Shown here: positions 49,204-59,361 of the stretch, one piece after another | How the letters are laid out: each line of letters begins with the position of its first letter | Position numbering within the stretch: position 1 is the first letter of the stretch | Origin: Candidatus Caenarcanales bacterium | GTDB taxonomy: Bacteria; Cyanobacteriota; Vampirovibrionia; LMEP-6097 | Assembly (NCBI GenBank): GCA_022447685.1 | Contig: JAKVAO010000001.1 | Location: forward strand, 22,939-86,938 | Reading direction: 5' to 3' | Length of the DNA stretch: 64,000 nt | The notes under the pieces: model-generated | Seen by the model: only the letters and a program-made list of their open reading frames with translations | The model's database searches: none | Told to the model about the DNA's origin: nothing | Program-made: the position numbers and the translations under genes

Positions 49204-49566
49204 CTAAGATCCACTACCAGAAAAATAAGTAATTCTAGCCACAGAAACTTCAGAAACAAACATAACTCCAGATTGCCCTTCTAGTAGTGTTCTCAAGCCT
49301 CTTGCGATATTACTGATTACATCTTCAGGTGCTACAGCCATGACCATGACTTGGCTAGACTTATCATTGAACAGTAATCTACCTTCGTGTGAACCGCTGT
49401 GACCATAACCAGAGACATTCGGAATTATCGTATAGCCAGTAACTCCTGAGTCCTGCATCATATTCGTCACCTTCTCTTGATTCTCACCAGAAATGACTAC
49501 TTCGATTTTAAGCATTTTGCTTAATTTTAGCCCAGTGTTTTCTTCATCAAAAAATACGTTGTCCAT
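49204..49566 (-). CDS. PII-like (nitrogen-regulatory-protein P-II superfamily) protein associated with the DAB operon
   Basis: 120 aa. Ferredoxin-like PII-type fold pattern (KIEVVISGENQEKVTNMMQDSGVTGYTI...GRLLFNDKSSQVMVMAVAPEDV). Sits immediately downstream of dabA. Confidence 0.55.
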   Translation of the reverse strand: MDNVFFDEENTGLKLSKMLKIEVVISGENQEKVTNMMQDSGVTGYTIIPNVSGYGHSGSHEGRLLFNDKSSQVMVMAVAPEDVISNIARGLRTLLEGQSGVMFVSEVSVARITYFSGSGS

Positions 49567-49577
49567 ATAACTTATCC

Positions 49578-52280
49578 TTACAGATCGTCGAAATTATCGA
49601 CGTTTATAATACTACCAGTATCTGGCTCAATAATGGTAAGATAAATCCACTGATTTCTGAATAAGGTAAGTAAGTTAAGGTTTCTTTTAAGAATATTTTC
49701 TACTCTCTCATATGGAGCGTGAATTACGACCCTCAATCTAAGTGGTTTGTGAAATAACTCCTCATCACTTTTGAACACTGATTGTAAACTAAGTCCAGTG
49801 AATAGATCACTCATGTTTCCTTGAAGTACACCTAGGTCACCAACTATATTATGGGTGATTTTGCTGCCACTTCCGAAGTTTTTGATATCCATAGAAGAGA
49901 AGTAGTATTGGTTGTTAATCCACTGTGTGACTACCATTGGACCTCCCATGATAGTTTCAAGTAAAGTTCCATCTGGATCAGACTCTTGTCTGTAGGAGTG
50001 CATGAACACTCTATTAGAAAGATTATTACCTTTGGTAAGTTCTCTTGGTCCAATGACGAAAGCCATATTCCCAGCAAGCCCCCACTCAGGTCTTGTCTCT
50101 GACCAGTCTATAGATTTAGCTAGAATTGCTGCATCATCGATATCAAAACTTTCATCACTATTTCTTGAGACTCTATTTAGCTTTGCTGCTATTTTTAAGT
50201 TTGCTTTTAGTTCTTTTAACTTCTCGATTTTTTCTGGATGGGTGATTTCAATATCGTAGATTTCAATTTCGTCAGTGGTTGTATTGTGCTCCGCACCAAG
50301 GAAAACAGTAGTGTCTGGAATCTTGATACCATTATCTGCTATTGTTCTTCTGATTTCTGGAGTGTTGAGTACTTTTGCAAGAGTCTTAGCGTTAGAGCCA
50401 CCATGCTGTCCAGCACAAGCTCCGCAGTCTAATGCTGATGCGTATGGATTATTTTCTGTTTGGCTACCGTGTCCAGTGAAGAGTACAAATTCACTAAAAT
50501 TATCAGTAAGTCCCATTAGTCTTAAAGCAGTTTCTGCAAAGAAAGCTTGTTCCTTTCTAGATAGACCATGCTCGTTGGTTGGGCTCAAGTCTATATTAGG
50601 TTCGAAGTGTACTTTTGTTTTCTCTTTAGGGAAAAGCTTTTCTATACCTAGTTTTAATTTTAGAGTTATAGTTTTTAATAGCATGAGAGCTAAATAAATT
50701 AAACCTGAAGCTTCAGCAAATATGAAAGCCGCTGCTATATTGTTTTTCTGTGCTTTATAAGATTTATAGACTAATTCGGAGATGCGCTGGTTAATCTGAA
50801 AATCCATGAAATCTTCAGCACTTTTCGGGTGAACATGCTCTTCTACAACGTGCTTTGGACTTATTAGTACTGGGCATGCTGCTTGAGGATTGGTATCTTT
50901 GTGAGTTTTGTAACTGATTGGTAAACCAAAGAAACCAGCAAAGCCAAGTGTCTCAACGTTGGCAACGCTTTCTATAGATCTTCTAATACCTTCAGATCTG
51001 ACATCTATGCAGAATATCATCTGTGCTGTCGAACGCTTATTTTGAGCAGAGATACTACTCATTAATTCTTGGTTAACAGAGATCTGCTCAAGTAGTATAG
51101 AGTGTTCTGTAAGTTCCCAGCTCATTTGCATAATGTAACTTGCTCTGAGAGAGAATTCTTTGATCACTTCTCTGATTTTATTAAGTTCAGTATCACGAAG
51201 CATTTCTGGATCAACGTCATTGTTTAAATTACTTTTTTTAATTAGAGTAATTAGATTCTTATCACTGTATTTAATTTCATCAGGGATTATTTGTTGATTA
51301 TATTTCTCTAATTCTGAGTTCTGTTCCTGTAAAAGCTTTTTGAGAATTTGTTCTTCGAATTCTTCAAAATCATTTAAGCCATCTTTGTCTTTGAAATTTA
51401 AATAATCAAATAGATATATAATCTCAACTATCAGCCTTACTGCAAGGAAATCAGTTGTTTTGATTTTGTATTTGAAATCTTTGTTGTGACTATTCAGCTC
51501 TCTCCACTTGATAAAGCTTGACCAGCCACTTTGGCAACATAGATTCGATTTCAGGTATTCATCCCAGTCACTTTCTTTTAGACCCAAGGTCTCAAGTGCT
51601 ACTACTACTGTCTTCTCTGAGGAATCTGGCAGCATTTTGATCCAGGATTTGATTTTTCTATTCTTGCTAAGTTTGTCATCGAAAGGAGCTAGCTTTTTCC
51701 AGCAAGTATAAAAACCTTGATCTCTATTTGGTAATTCCCATGTAGCTTGACTTTCATCGAAGTAAGCTGCGCAGAGATAGTTCATGTAATTATTAACTTT
51801 ATCTAGGGTGCGCCCGTTGTTTATATGCTGAGAATATGGATAAGTTTTCTCTGGCTTTTGACGAAATTCTTCTATAACTCTTTGCTCAAGAAGTTTTAGT
51901 AGTAGAGGTGAGGTTTTTAAGGACTTGCCATTATCAAGTTCAATGTCATTGAAGTGTTTATCAATAGTCTTTAAAAGTAACTCACGGTTTATCTCATTGT
52001 TATCGAGTAAGTCATAGTATTTTTTGATGGGAAAGAAAGATTCTGCATCGAAATATTTAGCTGCATCTTTAGTTGCATCAAAGAAGTGCTGGTCTTCAAA
52101 CCCTTTCAATGGATTAATTGCAATGAAACTTTTTAGTGACCAATTGGTATTCACGACTTCGAAGGCATTCGCTACAAGAGCTGTGATCATATTTGTGGTA
52201 AGTTTTTTATCATCAAAACTCTTGTGAACATTGTTGAGAGTTGAAGTTAATGCCTCTTGGTCTTTTAAACTGGTAATCAT
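49578..52280 (-). CDS. dabA: DabA (DUF2309) subunit of a DAB-type energy-coupled CO2 hydration / inorganic carbon uptake complex
   Basis: 900 aa. DUF2309 hallmark MIFCIDVRSEGIRR (Cys-x-Asp zinc ligands) and FTGHGSQTENNPYASALDCGACAG (His and Cys ligands). Directly downstream of a PF00361-type membrane subunit. Confidence 0.85.
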   Translation of the reverse strand: MITSLKDQEALTSTLNNVHKSFDDKKLTTNMITALVANAFEVVNTNWSLKSFIAINPLKGFEDQHFFDATKDAAKYFDAESFFPIKKYYDLLDNNEINRELLLKTIDKHFNDIELDNGKSLKTSPLLLKLLEQRVIEEFRQKPEKTYPYSQHINNGRTLDKVNNYMNYLCAAYFDESQATWELPNRDQGFYTCWKKLAPFDDKLSKNRKIKSWIKMLPDSSEKTVVVALETLGLKESDWDEYLKSNLCCQSGWSSFIKWRELNSHNKDFKYKIKTTDFLAVRLIVEIIYLFDYLNFKDKDGLNDFEEFEEQILKKLLQEQNSELEKYNQQIIPDEIKYSDKNLITLIKKSNLNNDVDPEMLRDTELNKIREVIKEFSLRASYIMQMSWELTEHSILLEQISVNQELMSSISAQNKRSTAQMIFCIDVRSEGIRRSIESVANVETLGFAGFFGLPISYKTHKDTNPQAACPVLISPKHVVEEHVHPKSAEDFMDFQINQRISELVYKSYKAQKNNIAAAFIFAEASGLIYLALMLLKTITLKLKLGIEKLFPKEKTKVHFEPNIDLSPTNEHGLSRKEQAFFAETALRLMGLTDNFSEFVLFTGHGSQTENNPYASALDCGACAGQHGGSNAKTLAKVLNTPEIRRTIADNGIKIPDTTVFLGAEHNTTTDEIEIYDIEITHPEKIEKLKELKANLKIAAKLNRVSRNSDESFDIDDAAILAKSIDWSETRPEWGLAGNMAFVIGPRELTKGNNLSNRVFMHSYRQESDPDGTLLETIMGGPMVVTQWINNQYYFSSMDIKNFGSGSKITHNIVGDLGVLQGNMSDLFTGLSLQSVFKSDEELFHKPLRLRVVIHAPYERVENILKRNLNLLTLFRNQWIYLTIIEPDTGSIINVDNFDDL

Positions 52281-52324
52281 GGTTAAATCCTTTATTTTGA
52301 GTTGCGATTAATCTGTATTTGTTT

Positions 52325-53668
52325 TTAATTCGCGTATTCACCTCTAACACTAGTATTGGTAACTTCTTTACTCATTGAGGTGTTTTTGAGAAAAGCGTAT
52401 ATTCTCAAATGTAATTCCTCTGGAAGAGCATAGAGTATATCTTCTTTATAGTTCATTGCTAACCAAAGTAGGACAAATGGACTGAGCAGAAGCCAGTGCG
52501 GTAGATGAATTGCATAAGTATGCATGTGAACGCTACTAACTAAGACTAATTCGAAAAAGTGTATGAATGCTCCATAGAGTATTGCAGCTGAGACCGAGAC
52601 AAAGAATGCAAAGAATGGAACTAGGAAGTTTTTACTACTGGTAAGTATGCTCAGGCTAAGTTGTGTTAATGCCATAAATATAAATGCAAATAAAATAATG
52701 GAACTGTCGTAGAAATTAATTGGAATATGCGCAGCTACAGAAAAAAGATTGATGGAAACATATGAAAACCCCATGGCAATTACTAGTAATAATGTTTTCT
52801 GAGCAACGGTTAACCTAAGTTTTTCTGGACGCTTGATTTGAATACCTGAGCCAGCGGCAAGGAAGTGAAAGGCTTTGAATAAGCCGTGCATGATTAAATG
52901 GCTTATTGCAGCTGGGAAAAGACCAAGTCCAATTTGGAGCACCATGAAACTCATTTGAGAAACAGTGGAGCACACTAAAGTAGCTTTTACTGTATTCTTC
53001 GTGAAAGCCCAAAGCATTGCAACGAAAGCGCTAAAGGCACCAATGAAGCTTAAGATGCTTAGAAATATAGGTTGTTCTAGCAGCATAGGGCTAAGTTTTA
53101 CTAAGAGAAAGCCACCACCGTTAACTATCCCTGCGTGCATTAGAGCTGAGATTGGTGTTGGCGAATTCATAGATGAAATCAACCAACCATGGAAAGGTAG
53201 CAGAGCTGACTGTGTGAGTGCAGTTATGCAAACTAGGCTTAAAGAAATGATTTGATAATTACCAGGAATGTCTCCAAAGCTTTGGTTGAGCTTGGTGATG
53301 CTGAGTTCACCAGTGTAGATATAAGTGATAATGCTAAAACCAAGTAAACAAGCTATACCTATACCAAAGTTTCGTGCTGCAACTATCCCAGATTCGAAAG
53401 CTGCTTTCCATTTATCTTTGTGGATCATGAGTAGCACCAAAAGGACATTCGTTAATGCGTAGAAAAAACAAAAAGCAATCAAATTATCTGTATTCACTAG
53501 TAAGCAAGCTGAAACTATAAGTGCAAAGAGTCTTACAAAGTATGTTTTGTATAAAGAATCTCCACTGATATAGTTCTTCGAAAACTGGGTGATTATAAAT
53601 CCAACAAATAAAACTAATATAGTTAGACTTAAGCCAAGTGAATTGATCTGAAATATTGAATTGAGCAT
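52325..53668 (-). CDS. dabB: DabB, proton-conducting membrane subunit (NuoL/MnhA-like) of the DAB complex
   Basis: 447 aa, about 13 TM helices, NuoL/Mrp antiporter-like core (HAGIVNGGGFLLVKL and HLIMHGLFKAFHFLAAGS). Operon partner of DUF2309. Confidence 0.75.
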   Translation of the reverse strand: MLNSIFQINSLGLSLTILVLFVGFIITQFSKNYISGDSLYKTYFVRLFALIVSACLLVNTDNLIAFCFFYALTNVLLVLLMIHKDKWKAAFESGIVAARNFGIGIACLLGFSIITYIYTGELSITKLNQSFGDIPGNYQIISLSLVCITALTQSALLPFHGWLISSMNSPTPISALMHAGIVNGGGFLLVKLSPMLLEQPIFLSILSFIGAFSAFVAMLWAFTKNTVKATLVCSTVSQMSFMVLQIGLGLFPAAISHLIMHGLFKAFHFLAAGSGIQIKRPEKLRLTVAQKTLLLVIAMGFSYVSINLFSVAAHIPINFYDSSIILFAFIFMALTQLSLSILTSSKNFLVPFFAFFVSVSAAILYGAFIHFFELVLVSSVHMHTYAIHLPHWLLLSPFVLLWLAMNYKEDILYALPEELHLRIYAFLKNTSMSKEVTNTSVRGEYAN

Positions 53669-53884
53669 TAATTTCTTCCTTCGAGAAAGTTCGTGGTAAC
53701 TATAAGCAATATGCCCTGCAGTTATGATACTTATCTATAATAATAGTTAATCATAGCTCATAAGTAAAGCTTTGATTTGGGCGGCAGGATTATAAGCTTA
53801 GCTAATCTCCGTGCTAGGATTAATCCGTGGGCTTGTGAAGTGATTGCTCTGCATCAAATTCAAAGCATCGAGTTTCTAATAATT

Positions 53885-54739
53885 ATGTCTAATCTTGAAA
53901 TTGGTAATCTAAAATGTTTTATAGCTGTAGCTGAAGAAGGAAGCTTCACTAAGGCTGCAAATAAAATTAATATTACTCAGTCGGCTCTGTCGCAACAGGT
54001 ATCACGTTTAGAGAAAAACTTGAAAGTGCAATTATTAAATAGAAGTAAAAATAATACTCTGACTGATTCGGGTGAACAGTTACTTCGCTATGCAAAGCAG
54101 ATAGTTAAACTTGAACAAGAAGCCCTGGATTATTTTCTTGAACCTGAGCTGGAGGGGGAGCTATCCTTTGGTTTACCGGAGGATTTTGCGACTTTGTTTC
54201 TGCAAGATATTCTTGCTGATTTTATATTTCATCATCCTCGTATCTCAGTGAAGGTAGAATGTGATTTAACTCTGAATTTACTTGCAGGGTTTAAGAAGAA
54301 TAAATTTGATCTAGTCTTGGTTAAACTTGATGATTTATCTGATTTCCCGAATGGGGTTGAAATTCGTTCAGAGAAATTAGTTTGGGTAGCAGCTAAGGAT
54401 TTTCAGCAGGCTTCCTCTGGAGCATTACCTTTGGTTCTTTCACCTAAACCTTGTGTCTACAGAGCAAGGGCCCTTAAGGCTCTCAATGAAAAAAATATTA
54501 AATCTAAAATCGTATACTCTAGCCAAAGTTATATTGGTTCAAATGCAGCTGTTAAAGCTGGGCTTGGAATTACAGTACTTCCCAAAAATATGATCCCAGA
54601 AGGTTTATACGAGTTTAAATCAAGTAAATTACCAGCACTTGAAGATACACATATAGCTTTACTTACTAATGGTTCCAATTCTAAAGCTCTGCAATCATTT
54701 GCAAACTATGTATCAGAAAAGCTGCATAGCCTTATCTAG
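53885..54739 (+). CDS. LysR-family transcriptional regulator, divergent from the dabBA operon
   Basis: N-terminal HTH NLKCFIAVAEEGSFTKAANKINITQSALSQQVSRLEKNL, C-terminal LysR substrate-binding domain. Start moved to the internal Met (the ORF track begins at 53777). Confidence 0.8.
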   Translation: MSNLEIGNLKCFIAVAEEGSFTKAANKINITQSALSQQVSRLEKNLKVQLLNRSKNNTLTDSGEQLLRYAKQIVKLEQEALDYFLEPELEGELSFGLPEDFATLFLQDILADFIFHHPRISVKVECDLTLNLLAGFKKNKFDLVLVKLDDLSDFPNGVEIRSEKLVWVAAKDFQQASSGALPLVLSPKPCVYRARALKALNEKNIKSKIVYSSQSYIGSNAAVKAGLGITVLPKNMIPEGLYEFKSSKLPALEDTHIALLTNGSNSKALQSFANYVSEKLHSLI

Positions 54740-55079
54740 GAGTAACTGCTTCCTCGTCCTCTTCTCCAGTTCTTATTCTGTAAACTTTCTCAATTGGACT
54801 TACAAATATCTTACCGTCACCAACTTCTCCAGTTTTAGCTGATTTTAAAATACTTTGAATGGTTCTTTCTTCGAAGTGATCAGAAACTCCAATTTCAATT
54901 TTGATTTTTTCAGTTAAGCCAATCTTTACAGTTGTACCTCTATAGGTCTCGATCTTTTCGGCTTCACCACCGTGTCCTATGACTTTAGATACTGTTAAAC
55001 CTTGAACTTCAACATCAAATAATGCTTCTAAAACATCATTCAATTTTTCTTTTCTGATAATTGCAGTAATTAATTTCAT
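54732..55079 (-). CDS. glnK: nitrogen regulatory protein P-II (GlnK type)
   Basis: MKLITAIIRKEKLNDVLEAL...T-loop GHGGEAEKIETYRGTT with the uridylylation-site Tyr. 115 aa. Immediately downstream of amtB. Confidence 0.85.
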   Translation of the reverse strand: MKLITAIIRKEKLNDVLEALFDVEVQGLTVSKVIGHGGEAEKIETYRGTTVKIGLTEKIKIEIGVSDHFEERTIQSILKSAKTGEVGDGKIFVSPIEKVYRIRTGEEDEEAVTPR

Positions 55080-56413
55080 AAATTTTGCTCCGCCAAGTTT
55101 TTCACAGCCAGGCTATCTCTTTCTAGAATCAAGAGAGCGCCTTCGCCTTCAGTATAAGCTTCCTCGCCATGCATAGCGATATCAAGTCCTTGTTTTTCAG
55201 CGTTTTCCTCAACTCTAAATGGAATAACAAGATTAATGAGGCTCGCTATTATATATGTCATAACAGCGCTGTAGCCAATGGCAATTATGACAGCTATAGC
55301 TTGTACTAGGACTTGCAGGTAACTACCATCTACTTCAGATCCCCATGCTTTACTAATGAACAGGCCTGTAAGTAATGATCCGACTATACCACCTAAGCCA
55401 TGAGCACCAAAAACATCTAATGAATCATCAAAGGCTGTTCTAGAACGCCACATGATAATGAAATAACAAGGAAATGTACTCAAGGCTCCAATCAATATTG
55501 CAGAGAGAGGTGACATAAGTCCAGCTCCAGGAGTGATAGCTACTAAACCAACAATGATTGATGTCGCGAGTCCAACAGCGGTAACTCTTTTGGTGTAAAG
55601 GCAGTCAAGTAATGACCAGCAAATAATTGCAGCGGCTGGTGCAAGTAGAGTGTTAGCCATCGCTAGTGCAGCTTCTGCATTCGCTGCATAAGCACTACCA
55701 CCATTAAATCCAAACCAGCCAAACCAGAGTATTCCAGCTCCAAGTAATGTAAATGGCACTTGGTGAGGGAGCATAGCAAGTTTACCGATATCTTTTCTTT
55801 TACCTATGAATAATGATAAAACGACTGCACTAATAGCAGCGTTGATATGAACAACTGTTCCACCAGCGAAGTCAATAGCCTGTCCCAGCCAAAGATGCTC
55901 AAATAGTCCGCCGCCCCAGACCCATTTTGCCATAGGCGCGTATACAAGTATGCTCCAAATGAAAATGAAAAGCATATAGGCTCTAAAATGAATACGTTCA
56001 ACAACTGCACCACTAATTAAAGCAGTTGTGATTATGGCAAAGGTTCCTTGAAACAAAAAATCAAGAATTCTTGGTATACCGCCATCTTCTGTCGCTTCGA
56101 GTCCAACTCCATTCATGAAAGCAAAATCCAGACCACCTATAAACAGATTGCCATCTGAGTAAGCAAGGCTGTAGCCGATTAATGCCCAGGTGATACTTAC
56201 TATTCCCATGGGGATGAAGCTCATCATCATAGTGTTTAAAGCGTTTTTCTTTCTGACTAAGCCTGCGTAGAAAAAGGCTAGACCTACAATCATAAAAAAT
56301 ACAAATGAGCTTGAAACTAGTAGCCAGCAAGTATCGACAGAATTAATGGAAGGAGACATATATAGAGTGAAGTTTTTTAAATTTCTTTTAACTCTAGCAT
56401 TTAGGTACCGCAA
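55076..56413 (-). CDS. amtB: ammonium transporter
   Basis: 11-TM Amt/MEP protein with paired His (VVHINAAISAVV and LDVFGAHGLGGIVG). Translationally coupled to glnK. Confidence 0.85.
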   Translation of the reverse strand: MRYLNARVKRNLKNFTLYMSPSINSVDTCWLLVSSSFVFFMIVGLAFFYAGLVRKKNALNTMMMSFIPMGIVSITWALIGYSLAYSDGNLFIGGLDFAFMNGVGLEATEDGGIPRILDFLFQGTFAIITTALISGAVVERIHFRAYMLFIFIWSILVYAPMAKWVWGGGLFEHLWLGQAIDFAGGTVVHINAAISAVVLSLFIGKRKDIGKLAMLPHQVPFTLLGAGILWFGWFGFNGGSAYAANAEAALAMANTLLAPAAAIICWSLLDCLYTKRVTAVGLATSIIVGLVAITPGAGLMSPLSAILIGALSTFPCYFIIMWRSRTAFDDSLDVFGAHGLGGIVGSLLTGLFISKAWGSEVDGSYLQVLVQAIAVIIAIGYSAVMTYIIASLINLVIPFRVEENAEKQGLDIAMHGEEAYTEGEGALLILERDSLAVKNLAEQNL

Positions 56414-57891
56414 AAAGTTTGATAATTTTCTTCTTTGCTTTCTGGAGGCAGGCTGTAGTCAATATAATTGTTTTGTTTTTCGTAGGGCTTAGATAATATA
56501 GAGATTAATTTTTCAAACTCACTGAAATCATTTTCTCTGCGAGCGTGTTCTATTGCTTTCTCGACATTATGATTTCTAGCTATAAACAAAGGGTTTACCT
56601 TAGACATTGATTGGCTAATAGCTTCTGCTTGGTTAAGGTCAAGCTCTGAAGACCAGTTCTGTAACCAGTTCTGGGCTTGCTCGTCATTTTCAAATAAATC
56701 ACAGAATTTTTTCTTGGATTTAGCTTCTTCAAGTTTTGGGTTCTGTGCAAGCTCCTCACATATATCAGATAGATATCTAAAACTCAAAGTGAAATCTGCT
56801 CTTTCCATTTCCATTAGCTCGAATAACTGCAGCAAGAGTTTTCTATTTTCATCGCTATCTTCTTTAAGACCAAGTTTCTCTAGTATTCCTGTTCTTAAGC
56901 TTTTTGCAAATTTATCTTGGAAAAATTCTATAGCTTCCATGACTAAGTTTTTAGCTGTATTCTCGTCTGGGGCAAGTAAATTTAGTAAGGTACTTGCAAA
57001 GCAATTGATGTTCCACTTGGCTATATGTCCTTGGTTTGCATAGGCATATCTACCATAGTGGTCTATAGAGCTAAATACAGTTGCGGGATTATAGAAATTC
57101 ATGAATGCACAAGGTCCGAAATCAATACTTTCACCGGAGATACTCATGTTGTCGGTGTTCATAACTCCATGAATAAATCCAAAATTCATCCACTTACTTA
57201 CTAGTGAAGCCTGTTTCTCGGCGACGGCTTTGATCAAATTGAAATATTTATTTTCATCTTTCTCTATCTCTAGGTAATGTCTATCGATAACATAATCAGT
57301 AAGGGTTTTGAGTGATTCGTTATCACCTCTTGCTACGAAGTATTCAAAGGTTCCAACTCTAATATGGCTAGAAGCAACTCTACATAAGATTGCTCCATCT
57401 AGTGGTCTCTCACGGTAAACTTTTTCTCCAGTCTTCACTATTGAAAGTGATCTGGTGCTAGGAATCCCTAGATGGTGTAGAGCTTCACTGATTATATATT
57501 CTCTAAGCATTGGTCCTATAGCTGCCCTGCCGTCTCCTGCTCTAGAGAATCTGGTTTGACCTGAGCCCTTGAGTTGCATATCTCTTCTAGCACCTGATTT
57601 GTCTATGAACTCACCTAATAACACGGCTCTGCCATCACCTAATTGAGGTACAAAGTGTCCAAATTGATGACCGGCGTAGGCTTGAGCTATAGGTTCAGAG
57701 CTTGCAAGAATTTTGTTACCAGCCAGTATTTCTACTGCTTCCTTCGATTTGAAAAATTTTTTATCTAAACCAAGCTCGTCTATGAGATCATAGTTGATCT
57801 TGACTAGCTCTGCTTTCTTCACTGGTTCAGGGTTAATCTTTTCAAAAAAAGCTTCAGGTAATTTGGCGTAAGTATTTTCAAGGCTTAGCAT
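56401..57891 (-). CDS. selO: protein adenylyltransferase SelO (YdiU/UPF0061)
   Basis: AQAYAGHQFGHFVPQLGDGRAVLLGE and GIPSTRSLSIV are SelO signature blocks. 496 aa. Confidence 0.85.
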   Translation of the reverse strand: MLSLENTYAKLPEAFFEKINPEPVKKAELVKINYDLIDELGLDKKFFKSKEAVEILAGNKILASSEPIAQAYAGHQFGHFVPQLGDGRAVLLGEFIDKSGARRDMQLKGSGQTRFSRAGDGRAAIGPMLREYIISEALHHLGIPSTRSLSIVKTGEKVYRERPLDGAILCRVASSHIRVGTFEYFVARGDNESLKTLTDYVIDRHYLEIEKDENKYFNLIKAVAEKQASLVSKWMNFGFIHGVMNTDNMSISGESIDFGPCAFMNFYNPATVFSSIDHYGRYAYANQGHIAKWNINCFASTLLNLLAPDENTAKNLVMEAIEFFQDKFAKSLRTGILEKLGLKEDSDENRKLLLQLFELMEMERADFTLSFRYLSDICEELAQNPKLEEAKSKKKFCDLFENDEQAQNWLQNWSSELDLNQAEAISQSMSKVNPLFIARNHNVEKAIEHARRENDFSEFEKLISILSKPYEKQNNYIDYSLPPESKEENYQTFCGT

Positions 57892-57944
57892 TGCATATCT
57901 AAATATAAATTAAATTAGTTCTTTATTGCTACAATTTATGCTAT

Positions 57945-59231
57945 ATGGCAAATTTTGATTTAAATAATGAACTAAAAGATTCAGACAAAGAAGTATATGA
58001 CTTAATCGCTAAAGAAGCTAATAGGCAGTCTGAGAATATTGAATTAATTGCAAGTGAAAATTTCACGAGTAGAGCTGTAATGGAAGTTATGGGCTCTTGC
58101 CTTACTAATAAGTACGCTGAAGGTTATCCAGGAAAGAGATACTACAACGGTTGTGAATTCCACGACGAATTAGAGACTTTAGCTATAGAGAGAGCGAAGA
58201 AACTTTTTGGCGCTAAGTTCGCTAATGTTCAGCCGCATTCTGGAGCTAATGCTAATATCGCTGCTTTTATGGCAATGATGCAGCCAGGTGACGCTTTTCT
58301 TGGTATGAGCCTTAAAGAAGGTGGACATCTTACTCACGGTTCTCCAGTTAATTTCTCAGGTAAGTTCTATAAAGTCTATGAATATGGTGTTAACGATGAA
58401 GGTTTACTTGATTATGATGAGATAGCTCGTATTGCTCAAGAATCTAAGCCTAAAGTTCTTATAGCGGGAGCCTCTGCTTACCCTAGAACTATTGATTTCG
58501 CTAAATTTAGAGAGATTGCTGACAGTGTCGGTGCGTTCTTGATGGTTGATATGGCACATATTGCAGGTTTAGTAGCTGCTGGCGTTCATCCAAGCCCAGT
58601 TCCTTTCGCTGATGTTGTTACTACTACTACTCATAAGACCCTAGCTGGCCCTAGAGGTGGTCTTATTCTTACTAATAACGAAGATTTAGCTAAGAAGCTT
58701 AATTCAGCTGTTTTTCCTGGTTCTCAAGGTGGTCCTTTGATGCATACTATTGCTGCTAAAGCTGTGTGTTTTGCTGAGGCTATGACTGATGATTTCAAAG
58801 CTTATCAGGAGCAGGTTGTTAAGAATACTAAGGCTCTTGCTGAATCACTTAGGAATGGTGGGATTGATCTTGTTAGTAATGGCAGTGATAACCATTTGGT
58901 CTTACTTGATTTAATCAAAGATAATATTACAGGTAAAGACTTAGCTAATCTTCTAGATGAGTACAAGATAACTGTTAACAAAAATGGGGTTCCTAAAGAT
59001 CCTCAAAGCCCTTTTGTTACTAGTGGAATCAGAATTGGCACACCTGCAATGACAAGAAGAGGTTTTAAAGAGAAAGAATTTGAAATTCTGGGGAATATTA
59101 TATCCAGGTTCATAAAGTCTATGGCAGCAAATGAGTTAGCGCTTGATGAAGATACTGAAAACTTTGTTAAGTCTGAAGTTGAAAGTCTAACTAAGTCTCT
59201 TGAATACTACAAAGAGCCTGTATATTCATAA
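57945..59231 (+). CDS. glyA: serine hydroxymethyltransferase
   Basis: [13 protein letters not shown]-Lys region [17 protein letters not shown] and GSQGGPLMH. 428 aa. Confidence 0.95.
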   Translation: MANFDLNNELKDSDKEVYDLIAKEANRQSENIELIASENFTSRAVMEVMGSCLTNKYAEGYPGKRYYNGCEFHDELETLAIERAKKLFGAKFANVQPHSGANANIAAFMAMMQPGDAFLGMSLKEGGHLTHGSPVNFSGKFYKVYEYGVNDEGLLDYDEIARIAQESKPKVLIAGASAYPRTIDFAKFREIADSVGAFLMVDMAHIAGLVAAGVHPSPVPFADVVTTTTHKTLAGPRGGLILTNNEDLAKKLNSAVFPGSQGGPLMHTIAAKAVCFAEAMTDDFKAYQEQVVKNTKALAESLRNGGIDLVSNGSDNHLVLLDLIKDNITGKDLANLLDEYKITVNKNGVPKDPQSPFVTSGIRIGTPAMTRRGFKEKEFEILGNIISRFIKSMAANELALDEDTENFVKSEVESLTKSLEYYKEPVYS

Positions 59232-59361
59232 ATCTTTAGTAAAAACTATGTTTTTATTGATTTTCAGCACTTAAAGACCTAAATAGTCTTTGCTAATTTG
59301 AAGATATGGGCTATTATGGTAAAACAAGCTAGTAAGACTTTAGGTTGAGGAAGAAATAACT

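Noticed and set aside
53777-53884. N-terminal 36-aa extension of the LysR regulator
   Set aside because: LysR proteins start 15-20 residues before the HTH. The internal Met at 53885 gives the canonical spacing. The extension is probably untranslated leader.
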